Source: Octopus sinensis
Lineage: Eukaryota
Length of the DNA: 64,000 nucleotides
NCBI RefSeq assembly: GCF_006345805.1
Contig: NC_043001.1
Coordinates: forward strand, 134,540,001-134,604,000
Reading direction: 5' to 3'
Below, in pieces: positions 39,463-51,444 of this stretch (position 1 is its first letter; each line of letters opens with the position of its first letter). The notes beneath the pieces are model-generated. The model had not been told where the DNA came from. It saw only the letters and a program-made list of their open reading frames with translations, and did not search any database. A program made the position numbers and the translations under genes.

Positions 39463-39682
39463 CCCTTTCGTTACTGCATTTATTTTGAGATGCTCTGTGT
39501 TTCTTTCAATTACTTTAAATATAACAAAGAATTTAGTAAAATAACTTAGTTATCATTCATCTAGTGTTAGGAACAGAAATTGTGACTAAGGTTTAGCGGA
39601 AGATTTTAATTCAAAACTTATGGAAACAAGACATTTGTATTCAGAGCCAGAGCCGGTTTCAGCCGGGTTGGTAACGAAAGGG
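39463..39682. mobile_element. TTAA-flanked MITE, family 1
   Basis: ttaa|ccctttcgttac...gtaacgaaaggg|ttaa. Confidence 0.9.
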
Positions 39683-40276
39683 TTAAGAGGTGTTGAGTTT
39701 ATCATTAATGCTCTGAAATTTCCTATATTATTTTCTGAGTGCTTTTATAACCAGTTGTTCTGGATAAAGCAGTAGCATTGTTGTTTAGTCCCAAGTCAGT
39801 CCTGATTAAGTACACCTACAATCAAAGATATTTCAGATATGATCATCCCATCAGCTTTATTTTTTCAGATACAGTATATCTAGAACCACATTAGTCAATG
39901 TGTCCTTCCTTTTTTTTTTTTACACATTGTGAAGATGTAATATGAGGGAGAGTCGATTGTTTTTTTTCTTGCATAGAGATTCTCCTAATTGGCCTGAAGG
40001 CACTAGAGTGTGAAGTATGGTGATAAGATGGATAGACGAATAGACAGACAGACAGTGTGTGTGACTGTGTGTGTGTGTATATGTTAAGAGAGAAAGAGAG
40101 AAAATTTTATGCACTTCTGGTGACTATAAGAAGATCATTTAAAGGTTTGCTAATAATACCACACTTTGAACTTTTCTGGCAAACCACACTTGTCAATGGC
40201 AATTAGTCCCTGCCTCGAGTTTGCCTCAGTCAACAACCCTCTGGGAATCATTTAAAGGAACTGCATATATATATAT

Positions 40277-40354
40277 TCAAAATAAGCAACAAGAATATCT
40301 TCAGTAATTTGGAAATTTCCAAATTACCAAAGGTATTCTTGTTGCTTATTTTGA
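40277..40354. repeat. 78-bp palindrome
   Basis: Centred on ggaaatttcc, 3 mismatches, preceded by (TA)n. Confidence 0.92.
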
Positions 40355-40804
40355 TTATAATCACCCCATGGATTTATATGGATAACACCATACAAAATTC
40401 TGGTGCATCTAGCTTAAGTACCATATTCATTTGAATCTAAATTTTGCTGAACTTATATATATATATATATTCTGCATGAAGTATTTTCTTATTTCTTCAA
40501 GTTCCTGCATCACAAAGGTCTGTCCATCATAATGAGAACAAATTAAGCTTGGGGTTTGATAAACTTGTAGTTACCTTTGTTACTGCCAATCTGTAATTTT
40601 TTGACAACATAGACATCATTTGGTAAATGAGGGAGCTTCTTATCACTGCCCACATTTGCATTTCCTGCCCTGAAGTTAGTTCATTCAATGACTCTTGAGA
40701 GTAGGAGATCCAGTTTCATTTTTGAAGACATGTACCTCCACCTCATATTCATTTGATATTTTTGGGGGGTAGAGCAATCCAGCTTCTCTGATTGTGAATT
40801 CCTG

Positions 40805-40960
40805 GTCATCATCATCATCATCATCATCATCGTTTAGCGTCCGTTTTCCATGCTAGCATGGGTTGGACGGGTCAACTGGGGTCTGTGAAGCTGGAAGGCT
40901 TCGTCAGGCCCAGTCAGATCTGGCAGTGTTTCTACGGCTGGATGCCCTTCCTAACGCCAA
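40805..40960 (-). mobile_element. RTE LINE 3' end
   Basis: (CAT)n plus conserved end. Confidence 0.85.
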
Positions 40961-41475
40961 AAAAAATATATTTTCCAAGGAGCTCTTCTCCCATCCACAA
41001 ATTTGTTTGCTTCATATATGGGTGCTGTGTAATGTTTGGTATTTAATACATGCTATAGAAGTATATAATGTGATAGTTCAATGATCACATGACTGATGTT
41101 AAACCACTGCCTCCTACTTTCATTTTAGGGAGCACAATCGATATTCCTATTGATAGAATGCTGCTAATAATTTATGAGTTTTTATATCAATGAAACAGCT
41201 AGCACCCATTCATGTTACTATCATTGCTGGTATGAAAAACACTGTTATATATTGATTTATTAAAAACTCTGTGAGTTCATTCTGGTCACACATTCCTTGC
41301 TGCTAACATCATCATAGAATGTTTCTGTCTATCCGACAATGTTTGTAGCATTTGTTACCTGGCATTGGAGAAGTAGTTAACATAATGACATTGCAATATG
41401 GCTAGACTGATTTGTAACTTTTCTCTTGTTTTAAAATCAGGCAGGAACATTTAGCAATGCTAAACTTCATCTTAA

Positions 41476-41636
41476 CCCCTTACGAATATATGCGTTTTGA
41501 CCGAAATCGTTTTTTTCTATCTCTGGCGAGTTAACTCTTCAAAAGATAGACTCGCCAAAATCATAGTAAAATAAAACAATCAAAAAATATGTCTGAAAAA
41601 ATACATTTATTTTCAAAATAATTGTTGGGTAAGGGG
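41476..41636. mobile_element. TTAA-flanked MITE, family 3
   Basis: ttaa|ccccttac...gtaagggg|ttaa. Confidence 0.75.
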
Positions 41637-41689
41637 TTAATATATTTTGAGGATGTAGTTACTGAGTTAAGGGTCTTTTCATATTGGCT

Positions 41690-41903
41690 TCAAATTTTGG
41701 CACAAGGCCAGCAATTTCAAGGGAGTGGGTAAGTTGATTGCATCAACCCCGGTACTTAGCTAGTATTTATTTTACCAACCCCAAAAAGATGAAATGCAAA
41801 GTAGACCTTGGGAGAATTTGACCTCAGAGCATAGTGATGGATGAAATGCCACTAAGCATTTTGCCTAGCTCACTAAGAATTCTGCCAGCTTGCCACCTTC
41901 AAG
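41690..41903 (-). mobile_element. SINE family C, older copy
   Basis: Reverse complement of family C motifs. Confidence 0.75.
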
Positions 41904-42325
41904 GATCTTTTTATATTGGTTGTATTTTTTTATATGTAGTATAAGATTATCCAAAAGAAGTCATATCTCAGGTTGGAGTTGATGTCTGCAACAAAAATGG
42001 TGAAGGGTTGATTCACTTTCTCAAAAAGTAATGTAAGGAATTCATTGCCAGTTAAAACAGCGTTACAGAAAGACTATCTCTTTGAAATATAACTGTTATA
42101 CTTTATCTCATCTAAGACAATGGTTTCTCTTCTTGTATTTAACTTGAAGAAAGACTGACCCACAATGAAGACAAATTATTTAATTATGGCTTCTGAAATT
42201 TTATTAAAGCTAAATACCTTTAGCATCATTAAATGGAGGAATAAAATCGAATATTTTTCTTGTACTCCAGTGAAACTAACCAAATTCATACAACATTGTT
42301 ACACTTCTGACACTATTATTTGCAG

Positions 42326-42444
42326 CCAAGAAAACTGGAAAACAAGTGTTTGTTAGCAGTGATTTATCTTCTGATCATAAGATGGTACCTCTTATAGAAC
42401 AGAGAATATTTGAAGAAATGAAGCTATATCCTGAAAAGTTTTAA
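42326..42444 (+). CDS. PSMG4: Proteasome assembly chaperone 4, terminal coding exon
   Basis: ttatttgcag|; (A)KKTGKQVFVSSDLSSDHKMVPLIEQRIFEEMKLYPEKF* matches the recalled human ARKTNKQVFVSYNL...VENRIKEEMEAFPEKF. Confidence 0.92.
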
Positions 42445-42476
42445 TTAATTTCGCCTTAATCATGGTATGTAAGCTC

Positions 42477-42620
42477 TTTACTCTTTTTTACTCTTTTACT
42501 TGTTTCAGTCATTTGACTGTGGCCATGCTGGAGCACCGCCTTCAGTCGAGCAACTCGACCCCGGGACTTATTCTTTGTAAGCCTAGTACTTATTCTATCG
42601 GTCTCTTTTGCCGAACCGCT
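42477..42620 (-). mobile_element. SINE family B tail
   Basis: Family B 3' end just downstream of the PSMG4 stop. Confidence 0.85.
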
Positions 42621-43702
42621 AATTGTTTAATTATCCAGTTTTAGTTAAAGATTGCACACCAGATTGTACACTGAGATTCTACAAACTGGTTGCTATCTTT
42701 AAACTGAAAGGATATAAACTATTACTACTATTGTTTTCTGTTGTTGTTATTGTTGTTGCTTAGGCCCAGGAGCCCCAACTGGGCATGTCTATGGTCAGAG
42801 CCATGACATACTATGTTTTCTCTGATATGATATCCCTGAGTTCATTATTCATTATGCTCTATTTTTTTAAATGGGAATTTGAGGGAGATTTGGCTACAGT
42901 TTCTTTCTCGTGATTTTCTATGTATTGATCCTATCTTGATGATGCACAATGTTGTCCAGGTGGACCACCAGTGACCCATACCAAAGTTTTGATAATCCAT
43001 TCTGAGTTTTATTTCCTATTACATTATTGTATAAATTTATACTTTGTGGCCCATGAAGTTTTCTTCATAAATTCTGTGGACCAGCTGCTGAAAAAAAATA
43101 TGTATTATTTGACAGTCTCACAGATCTGACACAATTGTAACCTTCCCACATGGAATATCCTTTTTTTATGTTGATTAGGGAAAAAGGAAAGGCATAATTT
43201 TTCTCTTGTTTTACATTGAATTTTCCATTAATATGAGTGGAATAGTTGACTTGTTGGAATAATAGCTCTTACAATTGAATGTTTCCCATCTTATTGCTAA
43301 CCACTGAACTATGAAAGAGAACCACATAGAGCCTGGCTTATCTAGTTTAGTCACACAAAATAAAAACAATATGCCCCAGAACAATAATTCTCATTATAAG
43401 GCTTGAACTTATGATCATGTGATCAGTTGTCCAGCTGCTTAACCTATCTCTCAGTCATTGGGCCATTGTACTAGATATGAAGAGTAAAAAAATAAAATCC
43501 TAGCATTTCCTTTTGTTTATTGTTTAAAACTGACCAGGAAAAGGGTTTAAAATGTCCACAGTATTATCATGAACCCAATTAGACCTCCCACCTGCTCTCT
43601 GTGTGTCAGAGGTGCTGTGCAGGCTTGTCTTAAAACATTGGAATGTTTCACAGGGGATGTGTTGGCAGTATTTATCATGAAACCAATATAGACCACCTGT
43701 GT

Positions 43703-43733
<31 letters not shown>

Positions 43734-44058
43734 AGCGAGTGAGTGAGTATGAGAGAGAGAGAGAGACAGACAGACAGACACAGAGAGAGAGAGAGAGAGA
43801 GAGAGGATGAGCTGTATAGGCTTGTCTTAAACATTGGAATGTTTCACTGAAAATGTCTTAGAAAGTCTCTCACTTTGTGTGATTGACATGTTCCAGTAGT
43901 AATCTAGTTAGAAAGACAGGTGTCAACATGATTCATATAAGGTGATCTTGGACAGGTGCTGTGGATGGGGGAGATAATTAGGTCAGGATTAGGAACTTTC
44001 TCTTCTATTGCATGTCTGAACTAGAAACATGTACATTCACAAAAACACACACACAGTC

Positions 44059-44099
<41 letters not shown>

Positions 44100-44183
44100 T
44101 ACCCACACAGAAATGCACCAACTGCTTACATACTTGCAATAAACACATACACACACATATATACATACATATATATATATATA

Positions 44184-45112
44184 TCATCATCATCACCGTC
44201 GTCGTTTTATGTCTGCTTTCCATGCTGGCATGGGTTGGACGGTTTTGACTGAGGGCTGGTGAGCCAGATGGCTGCACCAGACTCCAATCTGATCTGGCAG
44301 AGTTTCTACAGCTGGATACCCTTCCTAATGCCAACCACTCCAGTCAAGCGGTACTGGCAACGGCTATGCCCAAATTGTGTTTTTACGTATCACCTGCACA
44401 GGAGCCAGTCCAGCAACACTGTCAACATCCTTGCTCAAATGTTGTTTTTCACATACCACCAGCACAAGTGCCAGAAAGGCGATGCTGGTAACGATCACAC
44501 TTGAATGGTGCTTTTTACGTGCCACCAGCACAGGGGCCAGTCAGCAGCCCTGGCAACAATCACACTCGGATGGTGCTCTTAGTGCTCCACTAGCATGGAT
44601 GCCAGTCATGCGGTGCTGTCATTGAATTTGATTTCGATTTCACTTGCCTCAACAGGTCTTCACAAGCAGAGTTTAGTGTCCAATGAAAGAAAGGTACGCC
44701 TAAATGGGCTGGTTACACCACTGGCATAGGCCATGGGTTATGGTCTCGCTTGGCTTGCTAGGTCTTCTCAAGCACAGCATATTTCCAAAGGTCTCGGTCA
44801 CTAGTCATTGCCTCAGTGAGGCCTAATGTTCGAAGGTCGTGGCTCACCACCTTATTCCAGGCCTTCCTAGGTCTACCTCTTCCACAGTTTCCCTCAACTG
44901 TTAGGGTGTGACACTTTTTCACACAGCTACCCTCATCCATTTGCACCACATGACCATACCAGTGCAGTCGTCTCTCTTACATACCACATCTGATGCTTCT
45001 TAGGTCCAACTTTTCTCTCAATGCATTAACACTCTGTCGAGTATGCACATTGATATTACACATCCAGCAGAGTATACTGGCTTTATTCCTTGCAAGCTTA
45101 TGCATGTCCTCA
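44184..45112 (-). mobile_element. RTE LINE, 5'-truncated (ORF C-terminus plus 3' UTR)
   Basis: EDMHKLARNKASILCWMCNINVHTRQSVNALREKLDLRSIRCG...RGRPRKAW...DRDLWKYAV. Confidence 0.92.
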
Positions 45113-45913
45113 AAAAACAAAAACCTTGTATACTTACCATCAGATAAAGGAAAAGAAATCTGCATGATTTCTTGTGAAATATATGATAAACTGGCACTGG
45201 AACATTTAAGCAATGACAGGCTATATTCTGAAGTGACAGGTATAACTGCAACCAGGATTGAGAACCAAAGTAACACCGCATGGACAGACATCTGTAGACG
45301 GAGACAAATACATAATAAATTCAAGAACAACTTCATTACAAAGAACAGGAGATTACCCAGATTTTATCACCTCATAAAAACACACAAGAATAGCAACACA
45401 ATCCAGATTAGATCCACCATTTCCAGCATAGAAGGACCTCTATATAAAATATCCTTGCTACTTTCTCACATCTTGAAACCCATACTCTCCACCTTTCCTA
45501 GACATGTCAAGAACTCTGACAAAATCATCAAAAGACTGCACCAATTGCCCCTAGACCAACTCAGGCAAAACAGATATGCCTTTAGTCTTGACGTTGTTTC
45601 AATGTACAGAATGGTACCAGCACTCTCGGTGGTCAACTTATTGACTGACTGCATAATAGCGTCCGACATCCAATGCTTCAGACTTACCACAGCTGATATA
45701 CATCAACTTTTGTCCTTCATCATGGACAACACCTACTTCTCTTTCCAGGACCTCATATACAAACAGATAACAGGTCTCCCCATGGGATCCAGTCTGTCGG
45801 GCCTACTAACCATGAACCAACAGGAATGTCGAGCACTCAACATCAGCCGCTCAAGTGCCTTCTTCACTAGGTACATAGATGACATCCTCATACTCACATC
45901 CTCCCGTGAAGAT
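45113..45913 (+). mobile_element. Penelope-like reverse transcriptase fragment, open for about 267 codons
   Basis: PSDKG, PRFYHLIKTHK, SLDVVSMY, YKQITGLPMGSSLS, RYIDD motifs. Confidence 0.92.
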
Positions 45914-46184
45914 ATGCACATACACTACACACAAACATATGTATATACATAAATACATATTTACACACTCTGTCAATCTATCTATCTGTCTCTTTGTTTC
46001 TCATATATACCTATTCACATACATACATGTACACACATATGGACTTTCTCTTACTCTCTCTCTCACATGCACACACATACTCTCTCCCCAGCTGACTTTT
46101 CCTCTCATTAATTAACAATGATTACAATATTGCTCAGTAGGTTATGAGTTCAAATTGTTGTCACAGAACAAAATATTTAATTTT

Positions 46185-46316
46185 GGGCACACTCAATAGT
46201 TTTACAGGTGCAGGAAAGAGTGTGTGGTTTCAAGTTCAGTCCCATTACATGACACCTTGGGGAAGTGTCTTCTACCATAGCCCCAGGCCAACAAGTGCCT
46301 TGTGAGTGTGTGTGTA

Positions 46317-46320
<4 letters not shown>
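46185..46320 (+). mobile_element. SINE family B head fragment
   Basis: ggttcagtcc...ccttggggaagtgtcttctac. Confidence 0.7.
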
Positions 46321-46387
<67 letters not shown>

Positions 46388-47055
46388 ATGAAACATACAT
46401 TTCTGATGAAATTACAGGAGTAGTTGAAAGCGCTAATATGAAGTAATAATATGATATGTAAATAAATATATATTTTTACAACCATCCAGCATTCTGAACA
46501 TCTTCTTTCTTTCATATATATATATATATATATATATAAATATGCAACAGGATATCAAGTAGTGATGCAGTATGACTGTTTCAAGTGGGTTCATTTAATT
46601 GAAGAATGCTATCATTACATCAGAAAAATTATATTAATGTGTCCTACTTTCCTACTTGTTAAAATTCGATTTTGATTTTATTTGCCTTACTTCGAGCTGT
46701 GCGGATAATACCAGACTGACTTGGTGCTTCAACTTAAGTACCTAATTCAACTGAATCTCAATTATTTCTTTTATATATATATATGTGTGTATACACACAC
46801 ACACATATATATAATGTGTATACATGCATGTGTGTGTGTATGTGTGCCTTTGTATTTGTCCACACACACACACACACAATGCAATTGACTAGACCCTCCC
46901 CAAAATTTCAGGTCTTATGCCTATAGTAGAAAGGATTGCTAAGACAATATTAATTAAGCAGTTATTACCTAATTCTTATTACAGTAACATGCCTTAATTA
47001 AAATTGTAATGTTTAATTAACAATTAATTAAAGCTACTAATTTTACTAAATCAAG

Positions 47056-47275
47056 TAAGGCAGCAAGCTGGTAGAATGGTTAGCGTGTTGGGCAAAATGC
47101 TAAGCTGCATTTTGTCCATCTTCATGTTCTGAGTTCAAATTCCACCGTTGTCAACTTTGCCTTTCATCCTTTTGGGATCAGTAAAATAAGTACCAGTTAA
47201 ACACTGAGGTCAATGTAATTAACTTACTCCCTCTCCTGAAATTGCTGGCCTTGTGCCAAAATTTTAAATCAATAT
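47056..47275 (+). mobile_element. SINE family C, older copy
   Basis: Family C motifs. Confidence 0.75.
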
Positions 47276-47563
47276 TACTAAATCAAGTGACCTAGCTATA
47301 ACTGTCTATTTAGTGAACATTTGTTTCTAATTTAGGCACAAGGACAGCAGATGAAGGGAGCAACTTAGTCAATACCATCCCATTGACTCTAGGACTTGAC
47401 TGATATTTTATCAACCCTGACAGGATGAAAGGAAAAGTTGACCTCAGCAAGATTTAACAGAATAATCTGAATGCTGATGATTGTACCTATTCTGAAGCTG
47501 AGAAACGCTTGGTTCTAAAATAAAATTAGTCTCTTGACTTTCTTACAAATGTCTTATAAATTA

Positions 47564-47819
47564 AAATAAATGTGCCCGTTTAAAGCCTAGCCAGGCTCAT
47601 GGGTCTGGTTTCCCGGTTTCAATGGTGTATGTGTTCCCCAGCTGAGCAGGACACCAGTCCATCACAGCGTTACATATTTTTGCCAGCTGAGTGAACTGGA
47701 GCAATGTGAAATGAAGTGTTTTGCTCAAGAACACAACGTGTCGCCTGGTCCAGGAATCGAAACCACAATCTTACAATCATGATGCTGACACCCTAACCAC
47801 TAAGCTATGTGCCTCCACA
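47564..47819 (-). mobile_element. SINE with family A-like head, different body, and the tail of 56146
   Basis: 12-bp TSD tcttataaatta. Confidence 0.85.
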
Positions 47820-48234
47820 TCTTATAAATTACAGAGTAAATATAATTTGAGCTGAAATCTGTTTTAATATAATCTGTTCTAATTGTTCATGGTAATACAA
47901 ATTTCATGCTTAAATGGCAAGAATTACAATTCTTACAAAATGTTCTTTCATGTTTCAGGGCCATGTGACAACTATCATTATTCAAGAAATCAAAACCAAC
48001 ATAACTTCTTTAGCTTGAAGTTGAAATCTTAACATAGCAATCTTAATTCAATAGTTAAATTGATTTATTCAAGCAGAGTAAAAGTTTTTATCATGCATTA
48101 TTTATTTCTGACACCTTTTATGTAATTTTTCTTGTTTTATTTGTAATTCCACCGACATAAAAAATAAGAAAACTCTGGAAAAACAACAGAACAATGAAGG
48201 CTCATAGTTGGAGTAAAGAACGAAACATCTTTAA

Positions 48235-48455
48235 CCCTTTTGTTACCGTAATTATTTTGAGATGCTCTGTGTTTCTTTCAATTAATTTTAAATTAACAAA
48301 GAATTTAGTAAAATAACTTAGTTATCATTAAGCTGGTGTAAGGAACATAAATTGCGACTAAGGTTTGGTGGAAGATTTTAATTCAAAACTTATGAAAACA
48401 AGACATTTATGCTACAGAGCCAGAGGCGGTTCCAGCCGGGTTGGTATTGAAAGGG
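48235..48455. mobile_element. TTAA-flanked MITE, family 1
   Basis: Homologous to 39463. Confidence 0.88.
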
Positions 48456-48817
48456 TTAGGCTTGATTTCCTTCTTATTCTGATTATTTGCTACCACAGTT
48501 CTTATTTGTCGCTTTACTTGGCAATTAGCCCAAGCAGACATCAAAATAAAATAATTAAAATGTATTATTGAACATAGTAATGTTTTGTTTTGATGCCATA
48601 ATGTACTGCAAAATAAATGGCAGATTTTAGCTTCACAACTTGTATAAAATAAACTCGGTTTAATTTATACATTTCGTTGAAATCTTAATTTTCTTCTAAA
48701 TTATAGTATCAAATTCATAAACATGCCAGCGTAGAGTATGGACACTAAATGATGATAATGATGTCAACAAAAGCAGCAACTTTCTTTTGTTGTTATATTT
48801 AGAGAATTAAATTTAAA

Positions 48818-49083
48818 ATATTCTGTTGTGTCTGGAGAGAGTCATTCTCTTTTATTGCCTTATAATTTAACACACTCACTGGTAAAATATCCACTCATTT
48901 ACTTATTTATTTTTCTAAAATTTTCATTGCATCTTGCAACCTTTTTGACAGTTATTGACTCTTGCAAGACACAATAAAAATTTTAGAAAAGTAAATAAGT
49001 AAATGAGCGGAAATTTTACCAGTGTGTGTGTTAAATTATAAGCCACTAAAAGAGAATGACTCTCCCCAGACACAACAGAATAT
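48818..49083. repeat. Fold-back element: 122-bp imperfect arms, 22-nt loop (MITE-like)
   Basis: Arms 48818-48939 and 48962-49083. Confidence 0.9.
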
Positions 49084-49424
49084 GCTTCAACACACAAACT
49101 CACATAAAGAATCTTGCAAACTGAATCCAAAAGCAAAATTTAAAATAGTTTTGAAAAAAAATCATATTTCTTTATTCCTTGAGGAAAGAAGAAAATTTTT
49201 TTATAATAATCCAATTGCTGTGTATTTTGGGTTTTTTTTTTTTTTGCATCTTTCTTTTCATTCTTCAAAAGGAATATTCAATAATCCTCAACTTCTAAAG
49301 ATTAACAAGATTAATAAAATTATTCTTTCATGAACCAGCAAGTATTTGAGTCAGCTGAAATATTTGTGTCGTCATTCTGCTGCTTCTGTGTGCATATGCA
49401 TGTATACACATGCAAATATATAAA

Positions 49425-49815
49425 TGTATGCATGTGCATTGTGTGGTAAGTAGCTTGCTAACCAACCACATGGTTCCGGGTTCAGTCCCACTGCGTGGCA
49501 TCTTGGGCAAGAGTCTTCTGCTATAGCCCCGGGCCGACCAATGCCTTGTGAGTGGATTTGGTAGACAGAAACTGAAAGAAGCCTGTCGTATATATGTATA
49601 TATATGTGTGTGTGTTTGTGTTTGTCCCCCTAGCATTGCTTGACAACCAATGCTGGTGTGTTTACGTCCCCGTCACTTAGCGGTTTGGCAAAAGAGACCA
49701 ATAGAATAAGTACTGGGCTTACAAAGAATAAGTCCCGGGGTCGATTTGCTCGACTAAAGGCAGTGCTCCAGCATGGCCGCAGTCAAATGACTGAAACAAG
49801 TAAAAGAGTAAAAGA
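49425..49815 (+). mobile_element. SINE family B, near full length
   Basis: Head, internal microsatellite, tail aaacaagtaaaagagtaaaagag. Confidence 0.9.
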
Positions 49816-50369
49816 GTATACATATATATTTATATATAATCCCTGTGACTTGTATTTCACGTATCACAAACTATGAAGTGATTGTTCAACTATTTCTGAA
49901 TCCATTTATTTTATGCAATAGATGCAGTTTATAAAATTACCACTAAATGTAGCATTTACAACTATTATAACAGCAAAAGCAATGAAGTCACTTCATCTTC
50001 ATTAATATTCTATTGGGTAAGTCACCATAACTAGTAATTAACTATTGAGCAATATGTAATATCACTCTTTATTCATTCATTAATATTACAGTTATTGCTA
50101 TCAGATTTTTTACTACAGAAGATATTGTAGGGAAAGTTAATTTATACAGATATGATGAGTAGAATTTGTTATAAATCATAGAGATCTCTGTTAGTAGAAA
50201 TGTAAGGTAAAAACCATTTAAGCTATTCTAGATTGCCACAGGAAATAACTGACATTTAGCCTCTGCTGTCACAAAACTCTTCTCTCTTCAATAATTGTGT
50301 TTTGCTGTAACAGTTACAGGCAAGATCTGTACTGTACAGCTCTGTATGATATATATATATATATAACGG

Positions 50370-50794
50370 GACCGTAGCCAGTACCGCATTGACTGGCTTC
50401 CGTGCTGTGGGCACGTAACAAACACCATCCGATCGTAGCCATTCGCCAGCCTCGTCTGGCACCTGTGTCGGTGGCACATAAGAAAACACCGAAAACACCA
50501 TCCGAGCGTGGCCGTCTGCCAGCCTCGTCTGGCACCTGTGTCGGTGGCACATAAAAAACACCATCCGAGCGTGACCGTCTGCCAGCCTCGTCTGGCACCT
50601 GTGTCGGTAGCGCATAAAATCACCCACTACACTCTCGGAGTGGTTGGCATTAGGAAGGGCATCCAGCTGTAGAAACAACTGCCAGATCTGACTGGCCTGG
50701 TGCAGCCTTCAGGCTTGCCAGACCCCAGTTGAACCGTCCAACCCATGCTAGCATGGAAAGCGGACGTTAAACGATGATGATGATGATGATGATG
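50370..50794 (+). mobile_element. RTE LINE 3' UTR fragment
   Basis: Three to four tandem units, (GAT)n tail. Confidence 0.88.
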
Positions 50795-50809
50795 ATATAT
50801 ATATATATA

Positions 50810-51163
50810 TATGGATCTGTAAGACCACCATAGTATGAAGACCTGTTAGATATAGACCAGATCTATATGACATAGACCTATTATTATAAACCACTTACTA
50901 TAGACACTTGTTACTTATAGACCAGATCTATATGATGTAGACCTATCAGGTATTATAGACCACTGTTCTACATAGACCTCTTAAATATAGAGTGGATCTA
51001 TATAATGTAGACTTATTAGGTAGTGTAGACCACTGTACAACATAGACCTTTTATTTATAGATCAGATCTATTTGATGTAGACCTATTAAGTATTATAGAT
51101 CACTGTATTACATAGACCTGTTAGAGATAGGCTGGATCTATATAATGTAGACCTCTTAGGTAT
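50810..51163. repeat. Degenerate tagacc-rich minisatellite (resumes at 53434-53490)
   Basis: Recurring tatagaccagatctata and tagaccactgta. Confidence 0.8.
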
Positions 51164-51164
51164 T

Positions 51165-51433
51165 CATCATCATCATCGTTTAACGTCCGTTCTCCATGCT
51201 AGCATGGGTTGGACGGTTCGACCGGGGATCTGGGAAGCCAGAAGGCTGCACCAGGCTCCAGTCTTATCTGGCAATGTTTCTACAGCTGGATGCCCTTCCT
51301 AACGCCAACCACTCCGTGAGTGTAGTGGGTGCTTTTTACGTGCCACCTGCACAGGTGCCAGGCGAGGCTGGCAACGGCCACGGTCGGATTGGTGTATTTT
51401 ATGTGCCACCTGCACGGAAGCCAGTCGAGGCGG
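51165..51433 (-). mobile_element. RTE LINE 3' end inserted in the minisatellite
   Basis: (CAT)n plus conserved end. Confidence 0.88.
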
Positions 51434-51444
51434 CACCATTATAC

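Noticed and set aside
47959-48032. Alternative terminal exon candidate (similar one at 62085)
   Set aside because: A good acceptor alone is common in AT-rich DNA; peptide not recognised
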